NCBI RefSeq assembly: GCF_011745625.1
Contig: NW_027191499.1
Coordinates: 1 to 64,000, forward strand
From: Cladosporium halotolerans
Lineage: Eukaryota
Length of the DNA stretch: 64,000 nt
Direction of reading: 5' to 3'
Part shown: one piece after another, positions 11,652 through 22,789 of the stretch
How positions within the stretch are numbered: the first letter of the stretch is position 1
Layout: each line of letters begins with the position of its first letter
The notes under the pieces: generated by a model
Databases searched by the model: none
What the model was told of the DNA's origin: nothing
The model's input: only the letters and a program-made list of their open reading frames with translations
Translations under genes and position numbers: made by a program

Positions 11652-14525
11652 TTTTTTTCTGTTTTGTTTTTGATTTCTTGTTTTTTTTGGTGAGGGGTGC
11701 GTGTGCTGACTTTGATGGGATGACAGGGACCAGAACGCTTAGATGGAATTGAGCATGGCTTTCATCAGCTGACGGATGAGCGCAAGATGGAAGACGAAGG
11801 ATAAAAAAAAAAGAGACGAGAAGAAAAGCATACTCACGAGCACGGAGGGAGTCAAAGACGGTGTTGTTGTTGTTGTTTTTTTCCCCCAAGTTTTTGTTTA
11901 AGGGTGTTTCGTTCTCTTTTTGATGACTGCTCGGAAAGGATGCTAGAGGGCAGGCAGGCGAGAGAGAGAAGCTAGAGTTTATACGTATGAGATACCAACG
12001 AGTTTCGGATTCATTCTGCCTCTTTTCCCACCGATCATCTGCTACGCATCCACTGCTTCTTCTGGCTTTTAGGTAGATCCATCGGCGAAGTTAGTACCGG
12101 CGTCGATCGGCTGCTGGCTGCTCGTCGTCGTCCACTCCACCATCCAGCCAGAGAGCCCACGCCCACACCCACCAAAAAGCGAACAGAGACCTCCCCATCC
12201 ACTTCCCATGGGCTCGATATATCGGGAACCACGCCGTGGCAAAAATTCCACCTTTTACAATACAGTGCCTCCAGGATTCGCTCAAATCCCCCAACCCAGT
12301 CCCACTTGTAGGTATTGTCGCGGACTGCGTATTGGACGGTGGCACGGCTGCTTGCAGGCGGGATGCTGGATATCAATACCTTGTGCCCCAAGCGGCGCGC
12401 TGTGCAACGATGGTGAGTCGTGCTGCGCGGGTTGCTGCGGCTGGGCGTCGGTGGGGCGGTTGCGCGCGGATTCACATTTCGCTTTTATGTACGTGATGGT
12501 CGTTGCCGCGGAAGAATGTTCTCAGTGCTGCCGCGCCGGCGGGGCGTCAGCAGTGAGCCTGTAGATTTGCGCTTTTCAATCTGTGGGCTGGGATCAGTGG
12601 GCTGGGCTTGTGGGCTCTGGTTGACCCTTGGCTATGCAGCATGGGACCTGAGATGGTACGCGAGCAGGCGCTAGCGCTGTCATGGTATGGGCCTATGGAT
12701 GTTTACTTGCTTTCACTTCGAGGGCTGTCTGAGATTCGTGAACGGTGTCTCGTCGTGAGCACGCAGGATTGGGTTGGCGCTGAGAGTCGTTTGTGTTTGA
12801 CTAGTAATAAAACCAAGGCCTCTCGATTCACGGATTGCGTTGCAGACTTCGGATTTCGTCAAGCTCGAATGCCTGCTCTGTGAGAGCTAGCATTGACGCC
12901 TGGCGGAATGCTGCCGTCAATGCTATCTTGTGCTCATCTGGCGGACCTGCAGATCCTCGCCCAAACGTCTATAAGTGTGACGTCGGGCTCAGCCGCTCCG
13001 CGTGTGCTTTGCTGCCAGGTGCTAGCTGTGCGCAGGTATGGACCTATGAAATTTGAATTTAGCCTTGGAGCTGTTGAGGTGGTTGCTTTGTAGCTTGCAG
13101 ATGCTCAGAGAGTCGCATGGCTTCATCCTTACAGCAGAATGAGCTTCTTGCTATTCAAAGCACACGCTCCCGCGCTGGACGTGAGTGCACGCTTTTGTAC
13201 CGGACACGCATGCCCGCCAGGATTCGCTTAGGTAGCAGCGGTCCCCAACAGCTGCTCAATATCCGGCACTCTGGATGCATCAAGCTCAATACGGCTACTG
13301 CGTTGGTATTGGCCGTCTGAAGCGCGCAACATGCGGCCCTCCGTTAGTTGCCGTGGGAATGGATCCAATCGTTCTCGCGGTTGACCCTGGCTTGATTTGG
13401 CTTTGGTGTGACAAGCTCGCGAGGCTGACTTTCTGCGGCCGAGGGCTAGTGCGTGGCTTGAGGGAGCCAATGGATTGGGAATGTCAAGTATTGAGTTTGA
13501 GGGGTAGTGATCCTGCGGTGTTTGTCTTGAGAATGTCGCAATTCGTGGGATGAGTGGGCAAAATTGAGGTGTGATTGATTAGGTTCCATGTACCGTCAAT
13601 GGCTGTATATAGAGGGGTTGTGCAAACATATCGATGTCTGCCCGAAGCTTTAATATGCGGGATGCTAGGGGATGAGATTCACGAAGCCGTGAGAGTTCAT
13701 TTTCCTTTACTTTTACACTCAAAAAGCATATCCGATGATCGACAGGGTGTCAAAGTCAAGGGATGGATGAAGACGTGGAGTGAAGACGACGACCGGAGAT
13801 GACCCTTTACCCTTGCGGAGGGCAATGTTGTTGACATGACATCACCGCCCCTTTTTCCTTCATCTCGCCAAACAATTGTTGCTTCATCGCCCTCGGCGCC
13901 GCCAGCCGAAACGAACTCGCCACTTCTACCTTGTGCCTTTCTCACAGTTTGGTGTCTGTTGTGGTGATCTTGCTTGCTGCAGCACCGAAGCATCACGCTC
14001 CCGTCATACAGCTCTTGTGAGTTCCTCCCCTCCTGCAGTGATCCCCCAATGCCCTCCCATGGCGCCCAGCCTTGCCACGACCGCGTGTCCCCGTGGAGGA
14101 GGAGTGAGTGCTCGGCCGCCTCGCCGCGTAGCTCACAGGGCTGGCTGCCTGCCACAGCTTTGCCTTTGACTGTGAGTGTGTGTGATTGCCGGGCGGCTGG
14201 TGTGCGGCGAAGGTGGTGCTGCATGCCTGTGCCTGGCCGCCCCCTGGCTGTTTCAGCGCGTGGCCGGGCGTGCTCTGCTGCACCACATCCGCACCACGAG
14301 TCGCGCATGTGAGCCGCACGCTCTCGACTCTCGACTGCCACAGTCGTCGCCGCAGTCCGAGCTGCACACATCCTCGTCCTCCATTCCTGCAGCTGCCATC
14401 CCGCAATACCACCACCCACCCACCCACCCGCCTGCGCCGCGACCCTTTCCCTCCGCATGCGCAATCACACGTCATCCCGGGGAAAGTGCGAGTGCTGATA
14501 GACCCTTTCTTCCTCCCTCACAGCC

Positions 14526-16445
14526 ATGCCCGAACAGCGATCCTCATCCGCCGTCCGCAACCTCCGCACCCTCTTCGAGAACAAAGCAAACCAAGACAAC
14601 GACGACGACGCCCGCGGCCGCTCTCCCTCCGGCCGCTTCAACGCTGCAGACGCCAACGGAAGGCCCCTTTCCAAAGTCCGCGCCAGCTTCATCAACGTCC
14701 AGCATCCCATCATGGACCCCGCCGCCTCCTCCCCGCCCAAGCACGAACCGACAAGCCACGCAAAGCGTGCCAGCGCTTTCGAGGCCAGGACCCAGAGCTT
14801 CACTTCCAATGACATCCCCGCCGACGCCATCTCCGCGCTAAAGAAGGAGATCTCCAACGAGAGGGAAAGGCGATCCTCGGACCCGAACATCGTCGATACT
14901 GAGGGCGCCATGGAGAGCGTTGCCAGCACCCCCGCCGTCGAGGTCAGGGAAGACCAGGCTATGGGTGTCATCGACCACGCCGCTAGCAAACTCAGCGAAA
15001 TGGAGCTCCCGCCGCCCGATGAGGAGGACGAGAACAAGGCAAAGGCTCAGACGGAACCAAAGGAGCAAGAGTCGACGCAGACTTCTCATGACAAGAACGT
15101 GCTGGCCGAGAACGAGCCTCCTGCTAACCCGGACAAGCCTGTCACTGGTGTTGAGGAGGAGCGGGGCTCTATGAAGCCTGCCCTCCCGGACAATGAGAAC
15201 GCCGTCAGCGGTGGCGAGGCACTCCCACCGGTCGCCGAGGATCTCAGACCGCACAACAAGACCAACGAGACGACTCCGGCGAAGAGTCACCTGGTGCCGC
15301 AATCTACTGCCAAGGCCACACCTCAGGCTAAAACTGCTCCCCAAAAGTCCGTCTCAAAGCCTGCCCAGAACGTCCAGAGCGCGCCGACCGAAGCTCCTCC
15401 AGCCTCAACAACCTCGCCTAGGAAGGCCACCGGTGACAAGCCTGGACCTCTCAACTCGACACCTCCCCGGAAGACACCCGACGCGAGCCTAAAGTCCCCT
15501 CCATCCAATCCCAAATCGCCCTCGTCCAGCAAATCCCCCCTCTCGCCCATTGGAGGCCCCAAGCAACCCATGGACCGCAAATCCAGCCGCAGCTCCCTGA
15601 CGGCCCCAACAGCAGCCTCATCCGCACGCGGCCGCCGCGAATCCAACACCGTCAAACCCGCCGCTAAACCGCAGCCCCGCGAGACTACCAAACCAATCAA
15701 CCTCCCCTCCCACCTCACCGCCCCGACAGCCGCCTCACGCGCCCGCCACGAACCAGACACCACTTCCAAGCCCGCCACCACCTCCCGGCCCTCCACCACC
15801 GCGACCCGCGCCCCGCCCAAACCCCAAGTCTCAACTTCCAAACCCGCCGCCCGCTCCTCCACAGCTTCGGCGCGCACTTCCACCGCCGCCCGCCCCGATT
15901 CTCGGACTTCGGGCCCCGCTCCCCGCAAATCCACCGCTTCCTCCGCCGTGCCGGACAGCAGTTTCCTCGAGCGCATGATGCGCCCCACCGCGTCGTCCGC
16001 GCAGAAGAGCCACGACAGGGTCGCGTCGGAGCCTAAGAGTCCGCCGCGCAGGACGAAGAGCGTTGCGAAGAAACCTGCTGCTGCTGCGGGAGCTTCGGCT
16101 TCGGCCAGGGTCAACGGCGCTGCGAAGCCCGCTGCGAGGGCTGGCGCGGCGACGAAGCCTGTCAAGGAGGTTGAGGAGAAGGCTGGTGTTGAGGAGGCGC
16201 AGGTGCAGCTGAATGGGAAGGGCGCCGAGGAGACGGAGATCCCGGATGTTCCGGTCCCGGCTGAGGAGGTTAAGGCTGCTGAGACTGAGCCGCAGCCGGA
16301 GCCTGAGCTCGAGAAGGAGAAGGTTGTGGAGAATGGTGGTGCTGCTACGCCGCAGCATGTTGCTGCGGGAGAGGGTGATGGTGAGGAGAAGACTGCTCCT
16401 GCGCTTGAGAGCACGCCTGCTTTCGGTGGGGATGGCATTCGGTGA
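14526..16445 (+). CDS. Intrinsically disordered Ser/Thr/Pro/Ala-rich protein with repeated PT(A)AS motifs
   Basis: 639-aa ORF with biased codon usage; N-terminal VRNLRTLFE and LSKVRASF motifs; three LTAPTAAS/MMRPTASS repeats. Confidence 0.75.
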   Translation: MPEQRSSSAVRNLRTLFENKANQDNDDDARGRSPSGRFNAADANGRPLSKVRASFINVQHPIMDPAASSPPKHEPTSHAKRASAFEARTQSFTSNDIPADAISALKKEISNERERRSSDPNIVDTEGAMESVASTPAVEVREDQAMGVIDHAASKLSEMELPPPDEEDENKAKAQTEPKEQESTQTSHDKNVLAENEPPANPDKPVTGVEEERGSMKPALPDNENAVSGGEALPPVAEDLRPHNKTNETTPAKSHLVPQSTAKATPQAKTAPQKSVSKPAQNVQSAPTEAPPASTTSPRKATGDKPGPLNSTPPRKTPDASLKSPPSNPKSPSSSKSPLSPIGGPKQPMDRKSSRSSLTAPTAASSARGRRESNTVKPAAKPQPRETTKPINLPSHLTAPTAASRARHEPDTTSKPATTSRPSTTATRAPPKPQVSTSKPAARSSTASARTSTAARPDSRTSGPAPRKSTASSAVPDSSFLERMMRPTASSAQKSHDRVASEPKSPPRRTKSVAKKPAAAAGASASARVNGAAKPAARAGAATKPVKEVEEKAGVEEAQVQLNGKGAEETEIPDVPVPAEEVKAAETEPQPEPELEKEKVVENGGAATPQHVAAGEGDGEEKTAPALESTPAFGGDGIR

Positions 16446-17099
16446 TTGCATTGAGAATCACGCCGAGGCCTCAGAAGTGAGGATGTGGTCTGATGGCCGG
16501 GGATAGTAGGAAGGAAGGAAGGAATGCAAGGAAAAAGATTTGGAAGGAGGACCGGCTTTTTTCTCTTGTTTTCGATCGCGTTGAAGCGAGAACTACTTTG
16601 TTTGTACGTTTACTCTTGTCACTTTTTACTTTACATTTTCGGCGCTAGCGTGCATGGCTTTGCATTGCGTGGTGCTCGAGTTTGCTGCTGTTGGGAATGA
16701 GCTGGTGAGAGCGAGGATTGAGAGACGATTGAGAGCGAAATTTTTAGAGCGAGACACTTTCTATATACCAATCGTTCTCAAGTGAGTTGAAATGTACTTT
16801 TGCGATGGAGTGTATGTTCTCTAAACAGGTTACGGCTCTTGAGTGGTTGCGTCGTTGCGTCCGGGTCATTGAAGTCTGCGATAGGTCTCGAATCATCCTT
16901 GGATGTGGTATTGGATGTGATAATGTCGAACGCGTGAAGCCTGGGATACAGCTTGTAAGTGAAGTGTGAGAGCTTGGCACGCGCATCAGGCACGCGCATC
17001 GAGCAAGTGAAGCGATCACATATTCAGACAACCACAGAGTTTGCTTCACTCGCTTTACGCACACCCACTTATACATCAACCCGACAAACCAAGACCGTC

Positions 17100-17654
17100 A
17101 TGTCGGAGCACGTGGATCACACCGTGGCGCTTGGTAACGACATGCATACTCTGATGAACGATTGGCAACATCACTGACCCGCAGCAGCAACCAAAGTCAC
17201 TCTTGAACGTAGCGGTCTTTTCGACGTGGCTGCGAACGATGCTTTTATCAAAGTCGGCGCGGAACTGACAGACCTGTTCATCAACGTCGCCCATGAGCTC
17301 GGTGATCGCAGAGACGCCCAAGGCAAGGTCATCTACACGAGAATCACCGGCGTCAACTGCATGCTCAACGGCTCTCTCGACTTTATCAGGATGCACAATT
17401 ACGTCAAACACTACGGCAAGGACGCAGTGGACGATGCGCTCGAGTTCATCCGTGGCGAGTCGGAGAAAGGCCAGAGCGTGAGTAGGAGCACAGAAACCTG
17501 CAGAATAAAAGATCAGTCGGCTGGACATTTACCATTAGTTTGGTCCAAGCGGATGGTTCCTGCAGGAGTTGCAGTTGTCCAAAAGTTGGAGTCGGCGTCT
17601 GAGGTGAGCTTGCCATCGAAATCAATCCGTCGACCACTCACCTACGGCCGTTGA
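17100..17654 (+). CDS. Small hypothetical protein (3' end uncertain)
   Basis: ATG 17100; a GT-AG intron 17134-17184 with CTGAC branch site joins in frame to ORF 17226-17654 (MSEHVDHTVALAATKVTLERSGLFDVAANDAF...). Confidence 0.5.
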
Positions 17655-18197
17655 AGCCGGCCATGATGGACTCGGTAGACGTTTGTTTGGCTCTGATGAA
17701 ATCCAACGGGTATGGAAGGCAGCGATCGTGCCTTTAGAGCTATTCCTTGAAAAGGGTGTGTCTGCGAGATGGCGGTGGCGCAGGTTGCAGGTTGCGGACG
17801 AACGTTTCCTGTCGGCCGAAAGCAAGAGCTCCGCCTGCTACGCACCCAAGCAATAGCTTCAAGGTTCTGAGAAATAAATTCCACTGCCAATGGCTGCTTC
17901 CAATACTGTTGCCTGGTTCACACTATAGCTTGCATAAGTCTTGACGACCTTCCATACTGCGATCTCGCTCTGTCTCACATCAACGTTGCCCACCAACGGC
18001 CTTCAACCCGAGTCCACTTTTTGTCTTTGATATATCCGCACCACAGCAACCACGCAGCATATATTCCAGTTCTCACCAAATCTCATCCAACCCAAATCAA
18101 ATCTAACCCAAACCCAAATACAACTCAAATCGAACCCTCTTCTTCCAAGCACAACTCAGACACGAAACCCGATCACCAAACTTTACCATCACCAACC

Positions 18198-18665
18198 ATG
18201 TGCCATAACCGCCGCTCCGGTCCCCCACCACTCATCGCCCTGGGCGCAGCAATGTTCGGCGCCTACCAGGAGCGCAGGAACAGACGCTCTGGCGCAATCG
18301 AGATTCCAGAGGCCTCACCTTTCCTTGCACAAGACGGCTCATCAAACTCCCGCACGAACGACAAAGCCGAGGCCGACGTCCCGCCGCCAGATTACGAGGA
18401 TGTGATCTCGAATCGGGACCGCGAGTGCAAAGCCGAGTCCAAGGGCGAGAAGCGCGGTGATGATCGTTCTGATGACGAGCACCGGCTTTCTGACTCTGAG
18501 CACAGTGGCGAGAAAGTTGAAGGCGAGAAGATGGGCTTCTTCCAGCGGATGCAGGCTAAGAAGGAGGCGAAGAGGGCTGAGAGGAGGGCTTGGATGGACG
18601 GGAGGAGGGGCAGAGGTTGGGGCGGGAGGGGACGGGGAGGTTGCTGTAGGCGGGCGGCTTGTTAA
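18198..18665 (+). CDS. Small hypothetical protein with PPxY motif and Arg/Gly/Cys-rich tail
   Basis: ATG context CAACCATG; PPPDY motif; C-terminus GRRGRGWGGRGRGGCCRRAAC. Confidence 0.55.
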   Translation: MCHNRRSGPPPLIALGAAMFGAYQERRNRRSGAIEIPEASPFLAQDGSSNSRTNDKAEADVPPPDYEDVISNRDRECKAESKGEKRGDDRSDDEHRLSDSEHSGEKVEGEKMGFFQRMQAKKEAKRAERRAWMDGRRGRGWGGRGRGGCCRRAAC

Positions 18666-18906
18666 GCATTTGCGGTTTGAGGAAGGGCGCTGGGGAAGAG
18701 CGAGGGCGCTATTGTGCAGTGCGTGTCAGGATGCTGAGGGTTCATGAATGATGAGAAGCATGTGTGGCTTGACGGTTTGATACTACGCGATGGTGTCATT
18801 CGGATGGTCACACTCCCAGCGGTATCGAAATAGAAAGTGTTATTAGTTTGCAAGAATACAATCAATGTGAAGCACGACCCATTTACGACAGTCCCATCAA
18901 CCCTCC

Positions 18907-21900
18907 TCACTCCATCCTACCCTTTCCCTTACCAAAAAACCCCGAGTCAGTTGACTGATGCCCAGAGTCAGCACGGCTCTGCTCCTCGGCGAGACTCAGC
19001 TGGATAGCAAAGTCCAGATCGCTCATCTCCGTCTCGCGGCTGCTTCCGGCTGCCATCATCGGCGAGCCTTTAGGCGAGTTGAAAGCCGACGACCCTTTCC
19101 TGCCGCCCTTGGGTTTCGCTTGACGGATCGGGATTTCGGAAGTCGGAGGCTCTTGTGATTCAGCCAGACTGAGGCGAATCGCCTCGGCCACATCTGCGTC
19201 GTACTCGTCGTCTGTCTTCGGGTTCGAAGTGTTGGGCGAAAGACTTTGCGCCGGAGTGGCGATATCGCTGCTCCAAACAGCATTGCCATCGCTAGTACCC
19301 GCCAGCGCGCTGTCGGTGGCGCTGGTCGAGTCTGAGGCACGACGTGTCTGCTCCAGCTCGTGCGATTCTTGGCTCAACATAGCGGCGTACGCCATCATCT
19401 CTTCTTCGCTGCCATCCAGCAAAGCTGTGCCGAAACGACCGGCAAAACGCTCGGATTCCTTCTTGCGAGTCTCTTTCTCACGCTCCATCTCGAACTTCTC
19501 GTTGGCGATATAATCCTTGAGATTGCTACGGGTAGCGCCGGAGAATCGTTCACCGCCGTTGTTGCTGCCTCGCTCAGAACGACGCAGACGGCGCTTGTTC
19601 GATTTGTATTGGTCTGCTGCAGATGAGCTGTAGTACCAGTACAGCAGGACAGTGCCGAGCGATACAATGCCGCGCAAGACGGTAGGGTCGGGATCGAGAC
19701 AGATTGCAGCAGCGGCGTAGTAATTGACACCCTGAACGCCCGCAGGAAGAGGTTGCGCCTGCATGGCCTGGCGGTGATAGCGGGAAGCGAACTTTGAGTT
19801 CAGCGTACGAACAGGCGTATTTCTTGATGCAAGCGGGTCCCAAGCTTGAACCAAGCCATCGCTACCTCCATGGATAAGGCAGAGCGAAGATAGCGCCAGC
19901 GATGAAATCTGTGGAGATTGCGTGTAAATCACACGAATAGGCTCGATCGCATTGATCGTGTCTGCCGCCTTCGACACAGGCGCACGCATGTTCCACATAA
20001 TGACGCTGCCAGTATGCGTTCCGACGGCAAGGAGTCTTGCACGCTGGCCCGGAACATCAGCCGAGCTGGTGGCTGGTCCCGTAGACGACATGGGTGTCAT
20101 AGATGGCGAGGAAGCAGTCGATTGACCGGAGAAACCGAGTAATGGGTCTTCGGATTTGGTTTGAGTAGCATGAGTCGAGCAGTCGATGGTCGAAGCTGTG
20201 ATTTGGGTAGACTTCAGCTTGCCGAAAGACAGTTTCGACGATCGCCATTCCTCAGTCATGGGCCTTGGCGTGATGGATCCTCCGAGACCATCCGGCGAAG
20301 AGGCTCTTTCGACAACGGCTGCAGGGCGTCTAGCCGGTGTAGTGTCGGACGTCGTCGTGGTGGTCTGCCCAAAGATTGAAGATGTCCCAGTGTTTGCACG
20401 TGTAGACGGACTTGCACAAGGCTCAGATACAGTGCCGCCTCTAGGCATGTCCTGAACCCGGCAGCGGGTATATCGCTTCGCAGTAGCAGTTTGATCTTCG
20501 TCGAGCCCGCACTCAATGACAACGATGTTTTCACCAGCATTATGATCGTCATCTCCTGCGAAATCCACCTCAAGTCTCCTACGCATATCCCAGCCAAGAC
20601 AAGTCTTGCGGAAGTCTTTCGGCTTCCGCTTTGCATATTCCGTGATTTCACGGGTTTCTGCAATGATTTGGTCTGCGCTGAGGCACATGCCATTCCAAGA
20701 AGTGCGAGGAGAGTAGCTGCCGTCAGCGCCGGACGACGCGTACGGATCAGGCTTTGCCGTGCGTCGGCTTGATTCGACGATGTTCCAGTAGACAGTGCGT
20801 CCGGTAAGCCAGGCTGTGCGCTCCAACGACTCGTCGTCATGGCGGGCACCACGTTCAGGCTCACAGCGGCGGGGAAACTTCGTAAGGTAGAAAACCTCGC
20901 CGAGGGCGTTCAGTACAATGGCCCAGATGCGATTCTGCGCTTGCCTTTGAGGGCTGTACTCGTTGTCGACGGCGATGGCGGTGATTGGCACGCCAGGACT
21001 GAGCACCCAGCGTGCAGTCATCTCACCACGGCCGAAGCGCTGGTCCCGATTATTTCCGTTGGAAATAGCTCCAACGCTGTATGAGGTCAACACGCCGAGA
21101 GAAGACCCGGAGAGCATGCCGACCATTCCCTCCGTCATCGAGGGGATTACCGTCGATTTCGCAATCCATACGCTGCAGATAGCTTCGCTTGTTGATGAGA
21201 CCCTGGGAATGCCAAGCTCAGGAGCAGTCATAGCGGATGAGAAAGGCAAAAAGCGGCCACGCTTCTCCTCCGTGGATCGATAGTAGACCATGCCAGCCGG
21301 AGAACCTTCGCCGTGGATCATGCCGTATGGCTGGCTGACATCCATAACGTTGGGTACGCCAACAATTTCCCCTGGTCCAAGGCCGTACTGAGCATCTCCT
21401 GGAAAGCGTTCGTAGAACTGCAGAAACACCTGCGGATCACCAAAGCCCCAAGGGTCGACCTTGCCGATGTAGGGATCACTGCTGGATGCAGTTCCGATAT
21501 CATCGGCGGCATGAATAAAACGTGGCATGCGTTTGTTGAGACCAGTCCCGAAAGTAGCATGGATGTGATTGACAGGATGCGTCGAGTGTGAAGCATACCT
21601 GAAAGTTGATTGTGCCGTATGGCTTTGACCGTTCCTCGAGGCGTGAGGAGCAGCAATGGCTTGGACTGGCTTCCCGCGTTCAAGAGACCGCAGAAGCCTT
21701 GTACGCAGGACATACTCGCTACGCCAGGAGGCGAGCGGAGTAAGACGCGTAAAAGCACGGCGTTCCGACCGCACCACAGCCTCAGACTCGTCGTCGGAAT
21801 CCCTTTCCAGAGCATCTATGGAATCCGCTCCGAGGAACAGACGCGCAAACGCGCTGCGCCACGCGTGGGGCGTAGTGACCAGCTCATGGAAGCGCCTTGA

Positions 21901-22413
21901 AACAGACGCGACCGCGGCCAAGTCGTTAGGCGCAAGGTGTGCCAGAGCATGTGTCAAGATCTCGTTCGGCAGCTCTGCGATCGGGCTACGGTTGTCCTCT
22001 GGATCCCGTTGTTTCTTGATCACTTCGAATGCCGGTCCTTCCCTCTTCTTCCCGATCGGGGGCGTTGATGCTTTCTCGTATTCCTCTATCCTGTTTCTTG
22101 CAGAACGCAGAGGAGTTGATGGACTGGGCGACAGCGAACCATGCGAAGAGGGACTCAGTCTTCTTGTTTCGCTTCCACCTGCGCGCCCTGCTTCTTGGAG
22201 CGAAGCAGCGAACGCGGCATCGGTGGCGAGCTGATCGGCTGTTGTGACTGGCGACCCTGCTCCGCTCTCAGCGCGCAAGATGCTGCGAGGTGGCAAGGAA
22301 ACGCCTCCTGCTGCGTGTTCGTGAAGGCCATGCTGGGTGGATGAGTCTAGCGTGTTTGGTGAGGCGAGTTGAGTCGATGCTGGTGTTAGAGCCGCAGAAA
22401 ACTCGGGTTGCAT
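18907..22413 (-). CDS. F-box / WD40 protein with C-terminal UIM-like repeats (Pof10-like)
   Basis: F-box LPNEILTHALAHL, WRSEY.LRTRLLR, WD-like HGGSDGLVQAWD, and UIM-like helices EEEMMAYAAMLSQE, VAEAIRLSLAE, LDFAIQLSLAEE. Confidence 0.85.
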   Translation of the reverse strand: MQPEFSAALTPASTQLASPNTLDSSTQHGLHEHAAGGVSLPPRSILRAESGAGSPVTTADQLATDAAFAASLQEAGRAGGSETRRLSPSSHGSLSPSPSTPLRSARNRIEEYEKASTPPIGKKREGPAFEVIKKQRDPEDNRSPIAELPNEILTHALAHLAPNDLAAVASVSRRFHELVTTPHAWRSAFARLFLGADSIDALERDSDDESEAVVRSERRAFTRLTPLASWRSEYVLRTRLLRSLERGKPVQAIAAPHASRNGQSHTAQSTFRYASHSTHPVNHIHATFGTGLNKRMPRFIHAADDIGTASSSDPYIGKVDPWGFGDPQVFLQFYERFPGDAQYGLGPGEIVGVPNVMDVSQPYGMIHGEGSPAGMVYYRSTEEKRGRFLPFSSAMTAPELGIPRVSSTSEAICSVWIAKSTVIPSMTEGMVGMLSGSSLGVLTSYSVGAISNGNNRDQRFGRGEMTARWVLSPGVPITAIAVDNEYSPQRQAQNRIWAIVLNALGEVFYLTKFPRRCEPERGARHDDESLERTAWLTGRTVYWNIVESSRRTAKPDPYASSGADGSYSPRTSWNGMCLSADQIIAETREITEYAKRKPKDFRKTCLGWDMRRRLEVDFAGDDDHNAGENIVVIECGLDEDQTATAKRYTRCRVQDMPRGGTVSEPCASPSTRANTGTSSIFGQTTTTTSDTTPARRPAAVVERASSPDGLGGSITPRPMTEEWRSSKLSFGKLKSTQITASTIDCSTHATQTKSEDPLLGFSGQSTASSPSMTPMSSTGPATSSADVPGQRARLLAVGTHTGSVIMWNMRAPVSKAADTINAIEPIRVIYTQSPQISSLALSSLCLIHGGSDGLVQAWDPLASRNTPVRTLNSKFASRYHRQAMQAQPLPAGVQGVNYYAAAAICLDPDPTVLRGIVSLGTVLLYWYYSSSAADQYKSNKRRLRRSERGSNNGGERFSGATRSNLKDYIANEKFEMEREKETRKKESERFAGRFGTALLDGSEEEMMAYAAMLSQESHELEQTRRASDSTSATDSALAGTSDGNAVWSSDIATPAQSLSPNTSNPKTDDEYDADVAEAIRLSLAESQEPPTSEIPIRQAKPKGGRKGSSAFNSPKGSPMMAAGSSRETEMSDLDFAIQLSLAEEQSRADSGHQSTDSGFFGKGKGRME

Positions 22414-22789
22414 AAAATGAACGGTGGATTGGGACGGAGAGAGAGTAGACTGCGCCAGGAGGATCTGGGTCAGTCGGCTGCGCGGGAGGGCTGGCGTGTG
22501 CGTTAAGGGGCGGCGTTGTTGTTTGGGTGGTGGGATGGTGGAAGTGTACGGACACGCCTGTGACGTGTTGAGGGAGGCGTGGATGCGGCGTGAAGGGTAG
22601 ATCCGTCGAGATCTGTTTGCGCGGTTTTCACATCCTTATCAGAATCTTATCTCCAATCGCCGCTTTACATCTTGGACCCTGAATTCGGCATCGCTTGTTT
22701 ACTAATAATAATAAGCACTATTACAGGAACGATGCATTATTATTATACTACATTCTATTGCCACTCTTACAGTGTTCCCCTTGAATTCT

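Noticed and set aside
12035..12500. Minus-strand ORF and an Sm-site-like AATTTTTG suggesting an snRNA
   Set aside because: No recognisable U1/U2/U4/U5 or telomerase-template motifs and no ATG-led coding signal; left unannotated.
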